Part shown: piece after piece, positions 48,352 through 60,829 of the stretch
Numbering within the stretch: position 1 is the stretch's first letter
Layout of the letters: every line of letters starts with the position of its first letter
DNA from: an uncultured Acidobacteriota bacterium
GTDB taxonomy: Bacteria > Acidobacteriota > Blastocatellia > RBC074
NCBI GenBank assembly: GCA_963796275.1
Contig: CAWCKY010000004.1
Span: 1,568,001-1,632,000, forward strand
Reading direction: 5' to 3'
Length of the DNA stretch: 64,000 nucleotides
Position numbers and translations under genes: made by a program
Notes under the pieces: model-generated
What the model was told of the DNA's origin: nothing
The model's database searches: none
Seen by the model: the letters and a program-made list of their open reading frames with translations, nothing else

Positions 48352-48747
48352 CACGAACGTGTTGATCTACGCGCACGATCCTCGCGACCCGGTAAAAGCA
48401 AAACAAAGCCGCTGCCCTAACCGCTTCACTTACTGACGGCGTGTTACTGTGGCAGGTGGCCTGCGAATACATAGCTGCAAGTCGCAAGTTGGCCTCATTC
48501 GGCCTCAATCTACAGCAGTACTATGCTGACCTGAAGCGACTACGTGGCGTTTGGTCCTAGCCTAGCCTAGCCAGCCTGGACAGTCCTGGATAAGACTGAA
48601 ACGCTTATGGCAACTGGTAACTTATCGTTCTGGGATGCGATGATCGTTGCTGCCTGTATGGAAAACGGGATTCAAACACTCTATACCGAAGATATCGACT
48701 CCTCGACATCGTCTCTGACAGGAGTTACGATCATCAATCCTTTCTAA
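48338..48747 (+). pseudogene. PIN/VapC toxin, disrupted
   Basis: MNAVDTNVLIYAHD, WQVACEY, LSFWDAMIVAAC..G..TLYTED, IINPF*; frameshift near 48400 and CCTAG x3 (48556-48570) containing a stop. Confidence 0.75.
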
Positions 48748-49071
48748 CCGCATTTCTATGGTATTCAAAGTGTACACAAGTCCTTGGATTCAAGGCGGAT
48801 ATCTGCGGTATATTGTAAACATTACGCACGACTCAAAGTCCTTCAGAATCAGCGATGTACACAAATGGTCTTTTTGTTTTCAAGGTGAAAGAGCCTCGCG
48901 GGAAATATCCGAGTGGTTTTGCTCGCCGAATCTAGGCAGGTCGAGGTTAATGTCAGCTTTCAGGTCGAAGCTGCTGTTAACCAATTGATAACCGGCGATC
49001 GGCGCAGATCCGCTCAGTAAAATGGCGACCTTTAAGAAGAAGACTATCACTATCAGCCCCGCCGCAAAAAC

Positions 49072-51477
49072 ATGGCACTTAAGAAATCTGAACTTTACAG
49101 CTCACTCTGGGCCAGCTGTGACGAGCTCCGTGGGGGCATGGATGCTGGCCAATACAAGGACTACGTGCTGATGATGCTTTTCATCAAATATGTCAGCGAC
49201 AAATACGCCGGCATGCCGTACGCGCCGATAACTATTCCCAAGGGGGCCGGCTTCTCTGACATGGTCGGGCTCAAGGGCAAGCCCGACATCGGCGACCAGA
49301 TCAACAAGAAGATCATCGAGCCTCTGGCCAGGGCTAACAACCTGGATGAGCATGCCGGATTTCGACGATGCCGCCAAACTCGGCAGCGGGAAGGAGAAGG
49401 TGGACCGGCTCACCAACCTTATCGCCATCTTTGAAGACAGAGCGCTCGATTTCTCCAGGAACAGGGCTGATGGCGATGACATTATCGGCGATGCCTATGA
49501 ATATCTGATGCGTAACTTCGCCACCCAGAGTGGCAAAAGCAAGGGGCAGTTCTATACTCCCGCCGAGGTCAGCCGCGTCATCGCCCAGATCATCGGCATT
49601 CGCGAGGCCAGGACGACGAACAAGACAACCGTCTACGATCCGACCTGTGGTTCCGGCTCATTGCTTTTGAAGGTGGCCGATGAAGCCAGGGCGAAGGTCA
49701 CGCTCTACGGTCAGGAAAAGGACTCCGCCACGGCCGGACTCGCCCGGATGAACATGATCCTGCACGACAACCCGACTGCCTGTATCGTGCAAGGGAATAC
49801 GCTCGCTCACCCTCAATTCAAAGAGAGCGGTACGCTCAAGACCTTCGACTACGTTGTCGCCAATCCTCCGTTCAGCGACAAACGATGGAGCAACGGCGTC
49901 GACCGGCTGAACGATCCATACGAGCGTTTCAATTCGTTCGGCACGCCGCCCGACAAGCAGGGCGATTATGCCTATCTGCTGCACATCGTGCGATCGCTCA
50001 AGAGCCACGGCAAAGGCGCCTGCATTCTTCCGCACGGCGTGCTGTTTCGCGGCAATGCCGAGGCCGATATACGCCGGAACCTGATTCGCAAAGGCTACAT
50101 CAAGGGCATCATCGGCCTGCCTGCGAATCTCTTTTACGGCACGGGCATTCCCGCCTGCATTATCGTCATCGACAAGGAAGACGCTCGATCACGCCGAGGG
50201 ATATTCATAATCGACGCCGGCGCGGGCTTCATGAAAGACGGCGACAAGAATCGCCTGCGCGCAATGGATATTCACAGGATCGTCGATGTTTTCAACAATC
50301 TGCGTGAGATTTCGGAATACTCGCGCATGGTTTCTTTCGAGGAGATCGAGCGCAACGAGTTCAACCTGAACATCCCGCGCTACATCGACAGCCGGCAGGC
50401 TGAGGACATTCAGGACATTGAGGGACACCTGCGCGGCGGCATTCCCATGGCAGACGTGGATGCGCTACAGCCCTATTGGGATGTGTGTCCCGAGCTACGG
50501 CGCGCGCTGTTCAAAGATAACCGCCCCGGCTATCTCGATCTTGCTGTTGACAAGCAGACCATCAAATCCTCCATTTACGAGCACGCCGAGTTTGTTCGTT
50601 TCACCAAAAACATGAATCTCCTGTTCGCCGATTGGCGAGAAGGAACACTGCTCTGCTTAAGGGCTTACAGACGGGGTTTCACCCCAAACAGTTGATCCAC
50701 GACCTCGCCGAAGATCTGCTCGCGCTCTACTCCGGCAAACCGCTGATCGATAAATACGACGTCTATCAGCATCTGATGGATTACTGGGCCGAGACGATGC
50801 AGGATGATTACTATCTGATCTCCGCCGATGGTTGGAAGGCGGAGACTCGCCGCGTGTTTGTGAAGAACAAAAAAGGCAAGGAAATAGATAAGGGCTGGGT
50901 CTGTGATCTCGTGCCAAAGAGCCTGATCGTGGCCCGTTACCTCGCCGCCGAGCAGGAGGCGATCGAAAAATTTGAGGCTAAGCTCGAGACTGTTGTCGCC
51001 AGGATGACCGATATGGAGGAAGAGCACGGCGGCGAGGAGGGAGTCTTTGCTGAGCTCGAAAAGGTGAACAAGGCAACGGTTGCGGCTCTACTCAGGGATT
51101 TGAGGCTTGAGAATGGTGAGCCGGAAGCGAAAGAGAACGAGGTGTTGGAGCAATATCTGGAACTCTGCGAACAGCAGTACGATCTGAAAAATTTACTTAA
51201 GACAGCCCAATCGAATCTCGATACGCTTGCCTATGACAAATATCCGACGTTGATGGAGGACGAAATCAAGGTGCTGGTGGTGAATGATAAATGGATGGCT
51301 GCTCTCAATACAGCTGTCCGTGAAGAGATGGACCGTATCAGTCAGACATTGAGTCGGCGGGTGAAGGAATTGGCGGATCGTCATGATATCCCGATGCCTC
51401 GGCTAGCAAGCCGGGTTGATGAGTTGGAACAAAGAGTAGGCAACCATCTGGAAAGGATGGGATTTTCATGGAAGTGA
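49072..51477 (+). CDS. hsdM: Type I R-M methyltransferase subunit (two apparent frameshifts)
   Basis: LWASCDELRGGMD, GQFYTP, YDPTCGSGSLL, ANPPF, GLPANLFYGTGIP, FNLNIPRYID. Confidence 0.92.
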
Positions 51478-52749
51478 GGCAGGGTTACAAACAAACCGAG
51501 GTTGGGATGATTCCGGAAGATTGGGAATTGCGTTCACTACTGACCACAGTTTGTATTGCAAGTGGACAAGTTGATCCAAAGATTGAGCCTTACAAGTCAA
51601 TGATTTTAGTGGCACCGGACCACATCGAAAGCTCGACTGGGCGATTGCTTAGTCAGCGAACCGCATTAGACCAAGGCGCAATTAGCGGTAAATATCTCTT
51701 CGAAAGGGTGACATCGTTTATAGCAAGATACGTCCGAATCTACGGAAGGCTATTATTGCAAGCTTTAACGGGTTGTGCAGCGCGGACATGTATCCACTCA
51801 AGCCCACCAGCGATGTTTGTTCTGGGTTCATGCTGGCTATCCTTCTTGGGCGTCGCTTTTCAAAGTACGCCGAATCTGTTTCGGTTCGTAGCGGAATGCC
51901 AAAGATTAACCGAGCAGAGTTGGCAGAGTTTATAGTCGCCCTGCCACCTCTTCCTGAACAAGAAGCCATTGCCGAAGTCTTGAGCGACGCTGATGCCCTC
52001 ATTGAATCCCTTGAGCAACTCATCACCAAAAAACGTCTCATCAAATACGGCGCCATGCAGGAATTGCTCACTGGGAAGCGGAGGTTGCGTGAGTTTGCTG
52101 ATACGTCGACAGGTTACAAACAAACTGAGGTTGGGGTGATTCCGGAGGATTGGGATTCGCCTGAACTTGGTGACATCTTGAAATCTGTGCAGCTAGGCGG
52201 AAACTATAGGAATAGTGAGCGTGAATCGAACTGGCCGCTAATCAAAATGGGCAACCTTGGGCGTGGCAGCATCAAACTCGATAAGCTGGAGTTCATTGAT
52301 TCTGCGCATCCCCCCTCTAATCGCGACAGACTTGAGACCGATGATTTGCTTCTCAATACAAGAAACGCGCTGGATCTCGTAGGGAAAGTGGCCATTTGGC
52401 GCAACGAACTGCCAGAAGCATACTTCAACTCAAACGTCATGAGGCTGAAGTTCGATGAGCAGCGCGTGTCCTCCTACCGATTCATGAACTACATCCTCAA
52501 CATGTCGCGTTCCTTAAGAGGATTGCGAGGGATCGCAATCGGAACGACGAGCGTAGCGGCCATTTACGGTAGGGATTTGGTGAAGCTAAAGATTCCGCTG
52601 CCTACTAAATCCGAACAAGAAGCCATTGCTAAAGTCTTGAGCGACATGGACGCCGAGATTGCCGCATTGGAAACTAAATCGCCAAATATCGCCAAGTCAA
52701 GCAAGGTATGATGCAAAACCTCTTAACCGGAAGGATTCGATTAAAATGA
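51468..52749 (+). CDS. hsdS: Type I R-M specificity subunit (apparent frameshifts)
   Basis: Two [13 protein letters not shown] conserved regions, [21 protein letters not shown]. Confidence 0.9.
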
Positions 52750-52860
52750 ATATCGGCCTACCCGAACGCGCCACCCAAAGCCGCGTTCTCGAGCTCTTCC
52801 GCGATGAACTCGGCTATCGCTACCTCGGCGACTGGCGAGATCGCGACAACAACAGGGCAA
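52746..52860 (+). pseudogene. hsdR: Type I R-M restriction subunit, truncated after ~37 codons
   Basis: [36 protein letters not shown] is a typical HsdR start, overlapping the hsdS stop; no continuation. Confidence 0.75.
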
Positions 52861-53410
52861 GAAGTTGGCAAAAATAAAAACGATCGCGTGAAGCTGGAAT
52901 CGACTCAAGTCGAGGTCTTGGAGGTATCCGAAACAGCGGAGAAATGGTGAGGCTTCGGCAAGTCGGCAGGATTGACACGCTGATAATTTAGTCAATCCCG
53001 TCTCCCGAAGGAACGATGTCAATCGAAGCCTAAAGCGCAATCAAGACCGCGAAAGGATCGAATTATTGGTACCAACTATTTTGCCCAACGTGGTCGTGCG
53101 TAGGACGCTGAGGTCCGGAGAATTGTAATTGCGAGTTGCGCAAGACATAGGCCGCTTCTTGGCGCTTTCCTGCTTCGTTTGAGCGTTTCGTAATTTTCGG
53201 CGAGCCGTCCGGATTTTTATCATAAGCAAGTCGAGACAACTCGCCGAAAGTTCACCTTTCATCGAACCGGAGCGTGACACATGAAATTCCCTGTCTCGAT
53301 CTGTTTCTCCAGCCAATCCGCGACAGTGGACATCCTCCTTTGACACCCTATGTAGATTCGGATATAACTCGATACCGAGCAACATATGTACCGGTAAGGA
53401 GGAGCAACTG

Positions 53411-53737
53411 ATGAAGAATCCCCACCTTTCGTTCACGATGGCCGTGATTTTGCAGGCGGTCGAAAACGGCTATCGCTACGGTTTTGAAATCCTGCAGGCC
53501 ACAGGTCTGGCGAGCGGCACGATTTATCCGGCGTTGCGGCGGTTGGAAGACGCGCTGCTGATCAAATCCAAATGGGAAAATCAGAAGATCGCGCAAGCCG
53601 AACAACGTCCGGCGCGCAAATATTACGAAGTGACGAAGGCCGGACGCGAAGTGCTGGTCGAAGCGCGCAACCGCTTCAAGCTGCTTGAACAAATCGATTC
53701 GCCGACCGAACTCAAACCGGCGGGCAAAGCAAGTTAA
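53411..53737 (+). CDS. PadR family transcriptional regulator
   Basis: [32 protein letters not shown]; AAGGAGG RBS. Confidence 0.92.
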   Translation: MKNPHLSFTMAVILQAVENGYRYGFEILQATGLASGTIYPALRRLEDALLIKSKWENQKIAQAEQRPARKYYEVTKAGREVLVEARNRFKLLEQIDSPTELKPAGKAS

Positions 53738-53741
53738 AACG

Positions 53742-56414
53742 ATGCGCAACGGGAACCGAAGTCTTTGGCTCTGGCTGATCGCCTTCATCGCCGTAATCGT
53801 GCCGCGCCGACTGCGCGCTGACTGGCGACTGGAATGGGAAGCCGAATTGCAATGGCGCGAACGGCAGCTTGCCGAATTGGACAAGCTGGATGGGAAAAAC
53901 AAACTCGAACTGTTGTTGTACAGCGTGGGCGCGTTCGCCGATGCGCTGTGGCTGCAACCGAAACGATGGGAGGATGAAATGATTCAAGACTTGCGTTACG
54001 GCGTGCGCACGTTACTACACCGGCCATCTTTCAGTGCGGTCGTGATTTTAGTGCTCGCGTTGGGCATCGGCGCGACCAGCGCGATTTTCAGCGTGGTTAA
54101 CGCAGTGTTGCTGCGCCCGCTGCCTTATCCCGAACCTGATCGTCTGATGGTCTACTCCGCTTACGAGCAAGACAGTCGCTACGGAAGAATCAACGCTTTG
54201 ACCGCGCCCGTTTTGGTTGAATGGCGCAATCGGTGCAGATCCTGTGTGCAGATGGCGGCCTATATTGAAGCCCAGCCGGTCAACCTGATTGGCGGCGCAG
54301 AGCCTGAGCGCGTGCGAATCGCTCGGATCACGGAAAATTTATTCGCCACGCTCGGCGTGCCGCCGCTCTTGGGGCGAACATTTTTACCGGAAGAGATCGG
54401 ACGGCCTTCATCTGATGACGATATTCAGCAAAACAGCAACACGGTTGTGATCTTGAGCTACGGATTGTGGCAGCGGCGTTTCAGTGCGGATCCTTCAGTC
54501 ATCGGCAAGACCGTCAAAATTGAAGGCGACGTTTGCGCCGTCGTCGGAGTGATGCCCGAAGGATTCAAATTTCCCGAGGAGGCTGACGCCTGGTTGCCGA
54601 TCACGCTCACCCCAATGCGCAATGACCTCAACATCATCGCTCGCCTGCAACCACGTGTCACACCAGCGCAGGCCCAAGCTGAACTCACGCTCCTCGCCCA
54701 CCGCTTGCAGCAGGAAGCATCGCAGAAAAATCGAACGCTGAACGCCAACTTGATTCCTTTGCAAGAGCAGATAGTCGGAAATGTGCGCTCATCGCTGCTG
54801 ATTTTCCTGGGCGCGGTGAGTTTCGTCTTGCTCATCGCCTGCGCCAATGTCGCCAATCTGTTGCTCGCGCGCGCGGCGACCAGACAAAAAGAGATGGCGG
54901 TGCGGGGGGCGTTGGGCGCAAGTCGGTTGCGCATCATTCGACAATTGCTGACCGAAAGTTTGCTGCTCGCGCTGGCGGGCGGCGTTCTCGGATTGTGGCT
55001 GGCGTCTGGAATTCTTAAACTGCTCGTCGCTTTTGCGCCGCAGGATGTTCCGCGACTCACTACCATCAGGATTGATCCGTGGGTGCTCGGCTTTACCCTG
55101 TTGCTTTCAATTCTAACCGGCATCATCTTCGGCCTCGCGCCTGCGTTGCAAGCATCGCGGCTTGATCTCAACACAGCACTCAAAGAAGGCGGGACGCGAG
55201 GGACAGGCGGCGGATCGCGCCATCGTTTGCGCAGCTTGCTCGTTGTGACGGAAGTCTCGCTGGCATTAGTGCTGCTGATCGGCGCGGGACTCCTGCTCAA
55301 GAGCTTCACGCGATTGCGCGAGACGCCGTTGGGCTTCAACCCCGATCACGTCCTGACCGCGAGTGTGGCGTTGCCTCAAGCCGATTATCCCACGACGGCG
55401 AAGGTGAAGACTTATGCCCAGCAATCGCTCGCCCGCCTCGCCGTGCGTCCTGAAGTGCAAGCGGTCGGTGTGGTCAACTCGCTCCCGCTCAGCCACGACG
55501 GTGTGATCATTCGAGGCCGCCTCGGCGTCGAAGGTAAATCGAAGGATCGCCTTCCCGTGGGGGCGAGCAAAGTGGCCGTGAGCGCGGATTACTTTCGCGC
55601 GCTCGGCATCCCGCTGCTTCAAGGCCGCGCGTTCAATGAGCGCGACACCGCTGACTCGCCCGGCGTGCTCATCATCAGCGAATCATTAGCTCATCAACTC
55701 TGGCCGAATGAAAGCGCGCTCGGCAAACGACTCGACATTAATCTGCCTGGCGAGACGTGGCGCGAAGTGGTCGGCGTGGTCGGCGATGTCAGACAATCAG
55801 ACTTGAACGCGCCGCTCGCAGCAGCGATCTATCAGCCATATTCGCAAGTCTCCGATAATATCCGCTGGTATCTCGGCGATATAACCTTCGTCATTCGCAC
55901 GACCTCTGAGCCGCAGAACTTAATCACCACTTTGCGAAGCGAATTGCAAACGGTGAATAAAGAACTGCCGCTGCACAATGTAGCGACGATGGAGCAGGTC
56001 GTGGCGAAGCAAGTCACCGATCCACGTTTTTACACGCTCCTGCTCGGCTCTTTCTCAGCGCTCGCCTTGATCCTGGCAGCAGCGGGAATCTACAGCGTCA
56101 TCTCTTACTCGGTCACGCAACGCACGCATGAGCTTGGCATTCGCATGGCACTCGGCGCGCAAGCGAAAGATGTCTTACGGCTCATCATCAGACAAGGCAT
56201 GACACTCGTACTCGTGGGTCTCGCCGTTGGCTTAGTCGGAGCGCGTGCGCTGACGCGTGTGCTCTCTGGTTTTCTATACCAGGTGAGCGTAACCGATGCG
56301 GCGACTTTCGTGTTGCTTTCAGGCGCGCTGGCAGTGGTTGCACTCGTGGCTTGTTATCTACCAGCGCGGCGCGCCACGAAAGTAGATACATTAGTCGCCT
56401 TGCGGCATGAGTAA
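53742..56414 (+). CDS. ADOP-family duplicated ABC transporter permease
   Basis: [30 protein letters not shown]; duplicated FtsX repeats; [14 protein letters not shown]. Confidence 0.93.
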   Translation: MRNGNRSLWLWLIAFIAVIVPRRLRADWRLEWEAELQWRERQLAELDKLDGKNKLELLLYSVGAFADALWLQPKRWEDEMIQDLRYGVRTLLHRPSFSAVVILVLALGIGATSAIFSVVNAVLLRPLPYPEPDRLMVYSAYEQDSRYGRINALTAPVLVEWRNRCRSCVQMAAYIEAQPVNLIGGAEPERVRIARITENLFATLGVPPLLGRTFLPEEIGRPSSDDDIQQNSNTVVILSYGLWQRRFSADPSVIGKTVKIEGDVCAVVGVMPEGFKFPEEADAWLPITLTPMRNDLNIIARLQPRVTPAQAQAELTLLAHRLQQEASQKNRTLNANLIPLQEQIVGNVRSSLLIFLGAVSFVLLIACANVANLLLARAATRQKEMAVRGALGASRLRIIRQLLTESLLLALAGGVLGLWLASGILKLLVAFAPQDVPRLTTIRIDPWVLGFTLLLSILTGIIFGLAPALQASRLDLNTALKEGGTRGTGGGSRHRLRSLLVVTEVSLALVLLIGAGLLLKSFTRLRETPLGFNPDHVLTASVALPQADYPTTAKVKTYAQQSLARLAVRPEVQAVGVVNSLPLSHDGVIIRGRLGVEGKSKDRLPVGASKVAVSADYFRALGIPLLQGRAFNERDTADSPGVLIISESLAHQLWPNESALGKRLDINLPGETWREVVGVVGDVRQSDLNAPLAAAIYQPYSQVSDNIRWYLGDITFVIRTTSEPQNLITTLRSELQTVNKELPLHNVATMEQVVAKQVTDPRFYTLLLGSFSALALILAAAGIYSVISYSVTQRTHELGIRMALGAQAKDVLRLIIRQGMTLVLVGLAVGLVGARALTRVLSGFLYQVSVTDAATFVLLSGALAVVALVACYLPARRATKVDTLVALRHE

Positions 56415-56419
56415 AACCA

Positions 56420-56731
56420 ATGGCTGATGCGACGCGTACAACTCGCTTTCGTTTCTGGCTCTGGCTGATTGCCTTCATCGGCGTGATCGTGCCGCGCCGC
56501 CTGGGCGCCGATTGGCGGCAGGAGTGGGAAGCCAAGTTGCAGTGGCGCGAGCAACAACTGGCTGAATGGGACAGGCTGGATGCGAAGAACAAACTGGCTC
56601 TGTTGTGGTACAGCGCGGGCGCGTTCGCCGATGCGCTGTGGCTGCAACCGAAACAATGGGAGGATGAAATGTTTCAAGACTTGCGTTTTGGTTTACGAAT
56701 GTTGCTCAAACAGCCTGGCTTCACATTGATC
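56420..56731 (+). pseudogene. Truncated ADOP permease N-terminus, paralogue of the 53742 gene
   Basis: [50 protein letters not shown], then unrelated sequence. Confidence 0.82.
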
Positions 56732-56733
56732 AA

Positions 56734-57090
56734 ATGGAAAACGGAACGATGCAATGGCATAAGATCATGTTCGCCGAGGGCGAAGAGATTCTGCAGAAAC
56801 CCTGGCAGATTACGAAACAGGCAAGTCAGATCCACCAAGAATCCGGACTGTCCGAGGAGTTTGCCGTCTTTTTAGACTTAGACTTTTCCCAAGGTGGGGT
56901 TCGACCCGTTCTATACTTTTCACCGGCCGCAGCGAAACTCTGCGCTGAGCTGATACGATCTTTCGAAGGAACGGCCTGCTCATTGCCGTCTAATCCAGGG
57001 CCTTCGTTCGGCATGGCATATGGCAACGCGGATGAAGCCTGGGCGTTAGTCGAGCGAGACACACCACAAGAACAAGAAGAGGGTGATGAA
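56734..57090 (+). CDS. Hypothetical protein, in frame with the downstream gene start
   Basis: [10 protein letters not shown] motif; internal RBS + ATG at 57091 suggests a separate or fused gene. Confidence 0.4.
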
Positions 57091-58435
57091 ATGTCAAATC
57101 ATCTCAGCGGAACGCAGGCAGATGCAGTGAGTGAAGCACAGTTCATAAGAATTGATCCGCGAGATTTTATCGGCTCTCCATTCTGGCCCTGCCCTAACTG
57201 TGGACAAAAGGAATTCGGAGTGCTGGGGATATATGAGACTAGATATATGGCGTTGCCGTGCCTGCTGGCGAACGCAACATTTTGGACTTCCCCAGGTCAC
57301 AAAGAAGGTGATCTACTTAGACCAGAACGCGATCAGCAATATGATGAAAGCGCTCAATCCGAAGACCGACGCTCATCGAGACGGTCGAGTAGATCCATTT
57401 TGGCAAACACTCTTTGAGAAGCTCGACACACTGGTCACCCTCCAATTGATCATTTGCCCCGACTCTCTCACCCACAGTAATGAGTCTCGGGTCTCTACCT
57501 ATTTCCAGGCGCTGCAGAGAATGTATGAGCAACTCTCTCATGGAGTCACGTTTCACGATCCCGATACGATCGAAAGATTCCAGATATTTGAGCACCTGGA
57601 AAATGTATTCGCTGGCTCGCCGAACGCTCCGTCGAAGCTCGATGTGCATTCGGTCGTTTCCGGAAAAATCAATGTCTGGACCGATCGAATAATAGTCACA
57701 GCTTCAACCGAGTGGAAACCTGAATGGGTCGAAGACCTGCGACAGTTCCGAGACCAGATATCCACAGCGATCGAGGAGATTTTTCGACGCTGGCAAACAG
57801 AGAAGGGGCGAACTTTCAAAGATTGGGTCGAGGAGGAGGTTGCCGGATTCGGAACCTCAACTGTGGCACAGGCCGCAAACTTCATCACAGTTTTACGAGA
57901 AACCCTCGCTGGGCAGCGAGACCCGGATCCGAATATCAATCCACTTCTGCCGCCAGCGTCGGTTATACTTGTTAACACCATATGTGAACGTCTACGTAGA
58001 TCTGGCATGGCAGCAGAGAGCGTCTACCCAACAGCAGTTGGCTATCTAACATCTGCAGGAATGAAGGAGATTCCATTCCTCAAAATCCGCTCGATGTTGT
58101 GGGCATCGGTCGCCAGAAAAGCGGCGAATGGAGGGAAGCGACCGCCTTCACGCGGGATGAGTAATGATATCAAAACAATTTCAACGATTCTGCCCTACTG
58201 CGATGCGATGTTCGTTGATAAAGAGTGCTGGACCTATCTAAACGAAGAGCCTTTGCGCTCGGAATTGAAGTTCGGGACAAAACTATTCTCTTTAAACAAC
58301 AAGCAAGAGTTTCTAGACTATCTGGACTCAATCATCGCCAGCACCACGCCTGAGCACCTGGCTACGGTTCATACAGTCTACGGCGAGAATTGCCTCATCC
58401 CGTATACTTCTATCTATAGCAAGGAAAACCTGTAA
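57091..58435 (+). CDS. Zn-ribbon + PIN-like domain protein (frameshift near 57245)
   Basis: CPNC..CRAC split across frames; VIYLDQNAIS, H.NES, NDIKTISTILPYCDAMFVD. Confidence 0.6.
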
Positions 58436-58912
58436 ACCTCAGAGTCTGCAATATTGCTCCACGTTGAGCTAAGATCAAAATGTAAGATTTAGCTTTAAAT
58501 TCTGGCCATTGTGTAGCGAATGGGGCTGTTTGGGCCGCTTTCAAACTAAATCTTTAGTAGATTACCCTCATAAGACAAGGTCTGACGGGATGGCCACCGC
58601 GCCGCTCCCTTTCCGGATCGCCTAACTGGTTGCGGTTGCCTCGATCACTTTGCAGATGTCCGTCAGCATCCAGGCAGAGGGTATCATTCACTTCCTGATA
58701 TTCGGCAATCCCCGTCTTGATACAGGCAATGGCTGACCGGCACCAAGAGAATCGTCAGCTCGGCCTCTATAGCGGCGTTCAATAAAGGCGGCAGTTCATG
58801 CTCGACAATGAAGTCGGAGGCTAGAAAATTCTGACTGACCAGCAGTAGTGCGACTTTGGCGGCCAGTTATTTAGTAGCAGCAAACGCGAATGCCATATCT
58901 CAAGGAGGACGC

Positions 58913-59734
58913 ATGGACAAGATAGATTTTCCCGGTCTCTTGAAATCGATAGGCGAGGAGCTTCAAGCCAGAGTCGACAGAGCGTCGATTTATAAACACC
59001 CATCCGGTGTTGGCGATGCCAGAGAAGACGTGGTGCGAGAGTATCTTCAGCAGGTCCTGTCGCCAAGGTTTATAGTAGATCGTGGGAAAATCTTCGATAG
59101 TGATGGAAATTTGTCGCGTGAGTTCGATGTCATTATTTCTGAGAAGAATGACGTTGCACCAGCGATGAGTCTAGCTAGCCGCAGGATCGTACCCATTGAG
59201 GCCGTTTACGGGATCATAGAAGTCAAGTCATCCTTGAAGAGAATTGAGTACGAGACTTTTATCAATGCCGTCAATGAACTGAATGGAATGCGCCGTTATT
59301 ACCTTCCTCTCGATCAGACATTTGATCCCGTCACTCTGCAGAAATTGCAAAATGGAGTAGGACCTCAAGACGATCTGCCAAATGGAGTGGGATGGATATG
59401 GAGCGGGATCATTGCTTTCGATGCACCACAGGGGGAGGCGTTGTGTGACTATCTGGCCTCATGCTGCAAGGGCTTTTGGTTCATCTGTGTCCCCGACAGA
59501 GAACTGGTGACGATGTCATTCAATCCTCAAGGTTTCAGGGGCATCCCCTTCGGCTCCAGATCTTTGCCGTTGACGATCTGGGTGATCATGGACTTGGTTT
59601 CACAGAACATACGTCCCAAATCATTTGCACCGGATTTTTCCCGCTACCGAAGTCAAATGTTGAAAGCTCTCGGCGACCACGTAGGCTGGGAATGCAAATT
59701 CCTTCCGGATCAGCCACAAGAAGAAAGTAATTGA
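58913..59734 (+). CDS. DUF6602-like PD-(D/E)XK-type nuclease
   Basis: HP..VGDAREDVVREYL, G.IFDSDG..SREFDVII, VPIEAVYGIIEVKSSL; AAGGAGG RBS. Confidence 0.75.
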   Translation: MDKIDFPGLLKSIGEELQARVDRASIYKHPSGVGDAREDVVREYLQQVLSPRFIVDRGKIFDSDGNLSREFDVIISEKNDVAPAMSLASRRIVPIEAVYGIIEVKSSLKRIEYETFINAVNELNGMRRYYLPLDQTFDPVTLQKLQNGVGPQDDLPNGVGWIWSGIIAFDAPQGEALCDYLASCCKGFWFICVPDRELVTMSFNPQGFRGIPFGSRSLPLTIWVIMDLVSQNIRPKSFAPDFSRYRSQMLKALGDHVGWECKFLPDQPQEESN

Positions 59735-59849
59735 TAGATTCAGCGTTTACCACAAGAGACAAAGTCTATAAGGTCCCATCAAAAATGGTCGAGCCCTGAT
59801 ATTTGTGGCCCCCATACCAACAAAGAGATTGACAGACATTTCGACATCT

Positions 59850-59876
59850 TCTACATTGTAGACTCTACATAGTAGA
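59850..59876. promoter_or_regulatory. Tandem palindromes TCTACATTGTAGA / TCTACATAGTAGA, probable PadR operator
   Basis: Two 13-bp dyads at 59850-59862 and 59864-59876, downstream of TTGACA and ~45 bp upstream of padR. Confidence 0.65.
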
Positions 59877-59921
59877 CTACATCCATATCAACGATATGGC
59901 GTTTCAGAAAGGACCGGACGA

Positions 59922-60254
59922 ATGAAAGGAACGAATTTACACATTGGGGACTTTGAAGAGATCGTGCTTCTGGCGATTTTACGACTTCAGGACAATGCTC
60001 ACGGATCTGCAGTGCGCGAGTTGCTTGAAGAGGCCACCAGCCGATCCATATCTGTTGGTGCATTTTACACCACGATCAATCGGCTTGAACAAAAGGGTCT
60101 GATTCACTCTCGGACTGGGGAAGGCGCTCCCGAACGGGGAGGCCGAGCTAGGCGATACTTTGAACTTGATGGACCTGGCAAGGAAGCTCTTAAGCAAGCC
60201 GACGGGGTCCGAAAGCAGTTGGTCCCCAAACTAGCAACTGCACTTAAGTCATAG
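59922..60254 (+). CDS. PadR family transcriptional regulator
   Basis: IGDFEEIVLLAILRL, SVGAFYTTINRLEQKG, ERGGRARRYF. Confidence 0.9.
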   Translation: MKGTNLHIGDFEEIVLLAILRLQDNAHGSAVRELLEEATSRSISVGAFYTTINRLEQKGLIHSRTGEGAPERGGRARRYFELDGPGKEALKQADGVRKQLVPKLATALKS

Positions 60255-60268
60255 AGGTCAAACAAAAT

Positions 60269-60829
60269 ATGGTAGTTAAAACGATCAGCCAATATATCGC
60301 CGAACAAAGAGAGCGGTTCAAAGAATATCAGGCTAAGAAATTCGAACACTGGATGAGTGGATTCTTCATTTGTTCATTACTTTATGCTGGAAGTCGTGTA
60401 ATGAAGAAACCAGGTTCCGATGAGCCCCTCATCGAACAGGATTGGCGCCATCGGCTGGTCTTCTCCTTGATGTTCGCGATGATGTTTGGAAATTTGTTGA
60501 TCATTTCTCCGGTTGTGTTCTTTCATATCTGCGTCAACGCCGTCAGTACAATCTTTGCGATACTGTGGGGCGGGTCAACGAAGCCGCCGCATGCCTTCGA
60601 TTGGCTGCTTTTCCTCTTCTTCCTCCCCAAAAGAGACCGTGAAACGATTCTCGGCGACCTCGAAGAATCATTCCCCAAATGGATCATGGAGCGCGGGGTG
60701 TTTCGCGCAAATCTCCGATACATGTACGAGATCATCACAGCAATCTTACCGGTGCTGTTCAGATTTTTAGATGCGATTGGCGTGATGCGCTTGATAAAAG
60801 AAGTTATACGAAGGAATTGGCACCAATAG
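60269..60829 (+). CDS. Membrane protein with permease-prefix-like C-terminus
   Basis: TM segments; PP..FDWLL..FLP.RDRETILGDLEE.F resembles prefix domains of PadR-associated permeases. Confidence 0.55.
   Translation: MVVKTISQYIAEQRERFKEYQAKKFEHWMSGFFICSLLYAGSRVMKKPGSDEPLIEQDWRHRLVFSLMFAMMFGNLLIISPVVFFHICVNAVSTIFAILWGGSTKPPHAFDWLLFLFFLPKRDRETILGDLEESFPKWIMERGVFRANLRYMYEIITAILPVLFRFLDAIGVMRLIKEVIRRNWHQ

Noticed and set aside
51480-52160. Direct repeat encoding [13 protein letters not shown]
   Set aside because: This is the normal internal symmetry of HsdS, not a shufflon; no inverted hsdS copies or invertase are nearby.
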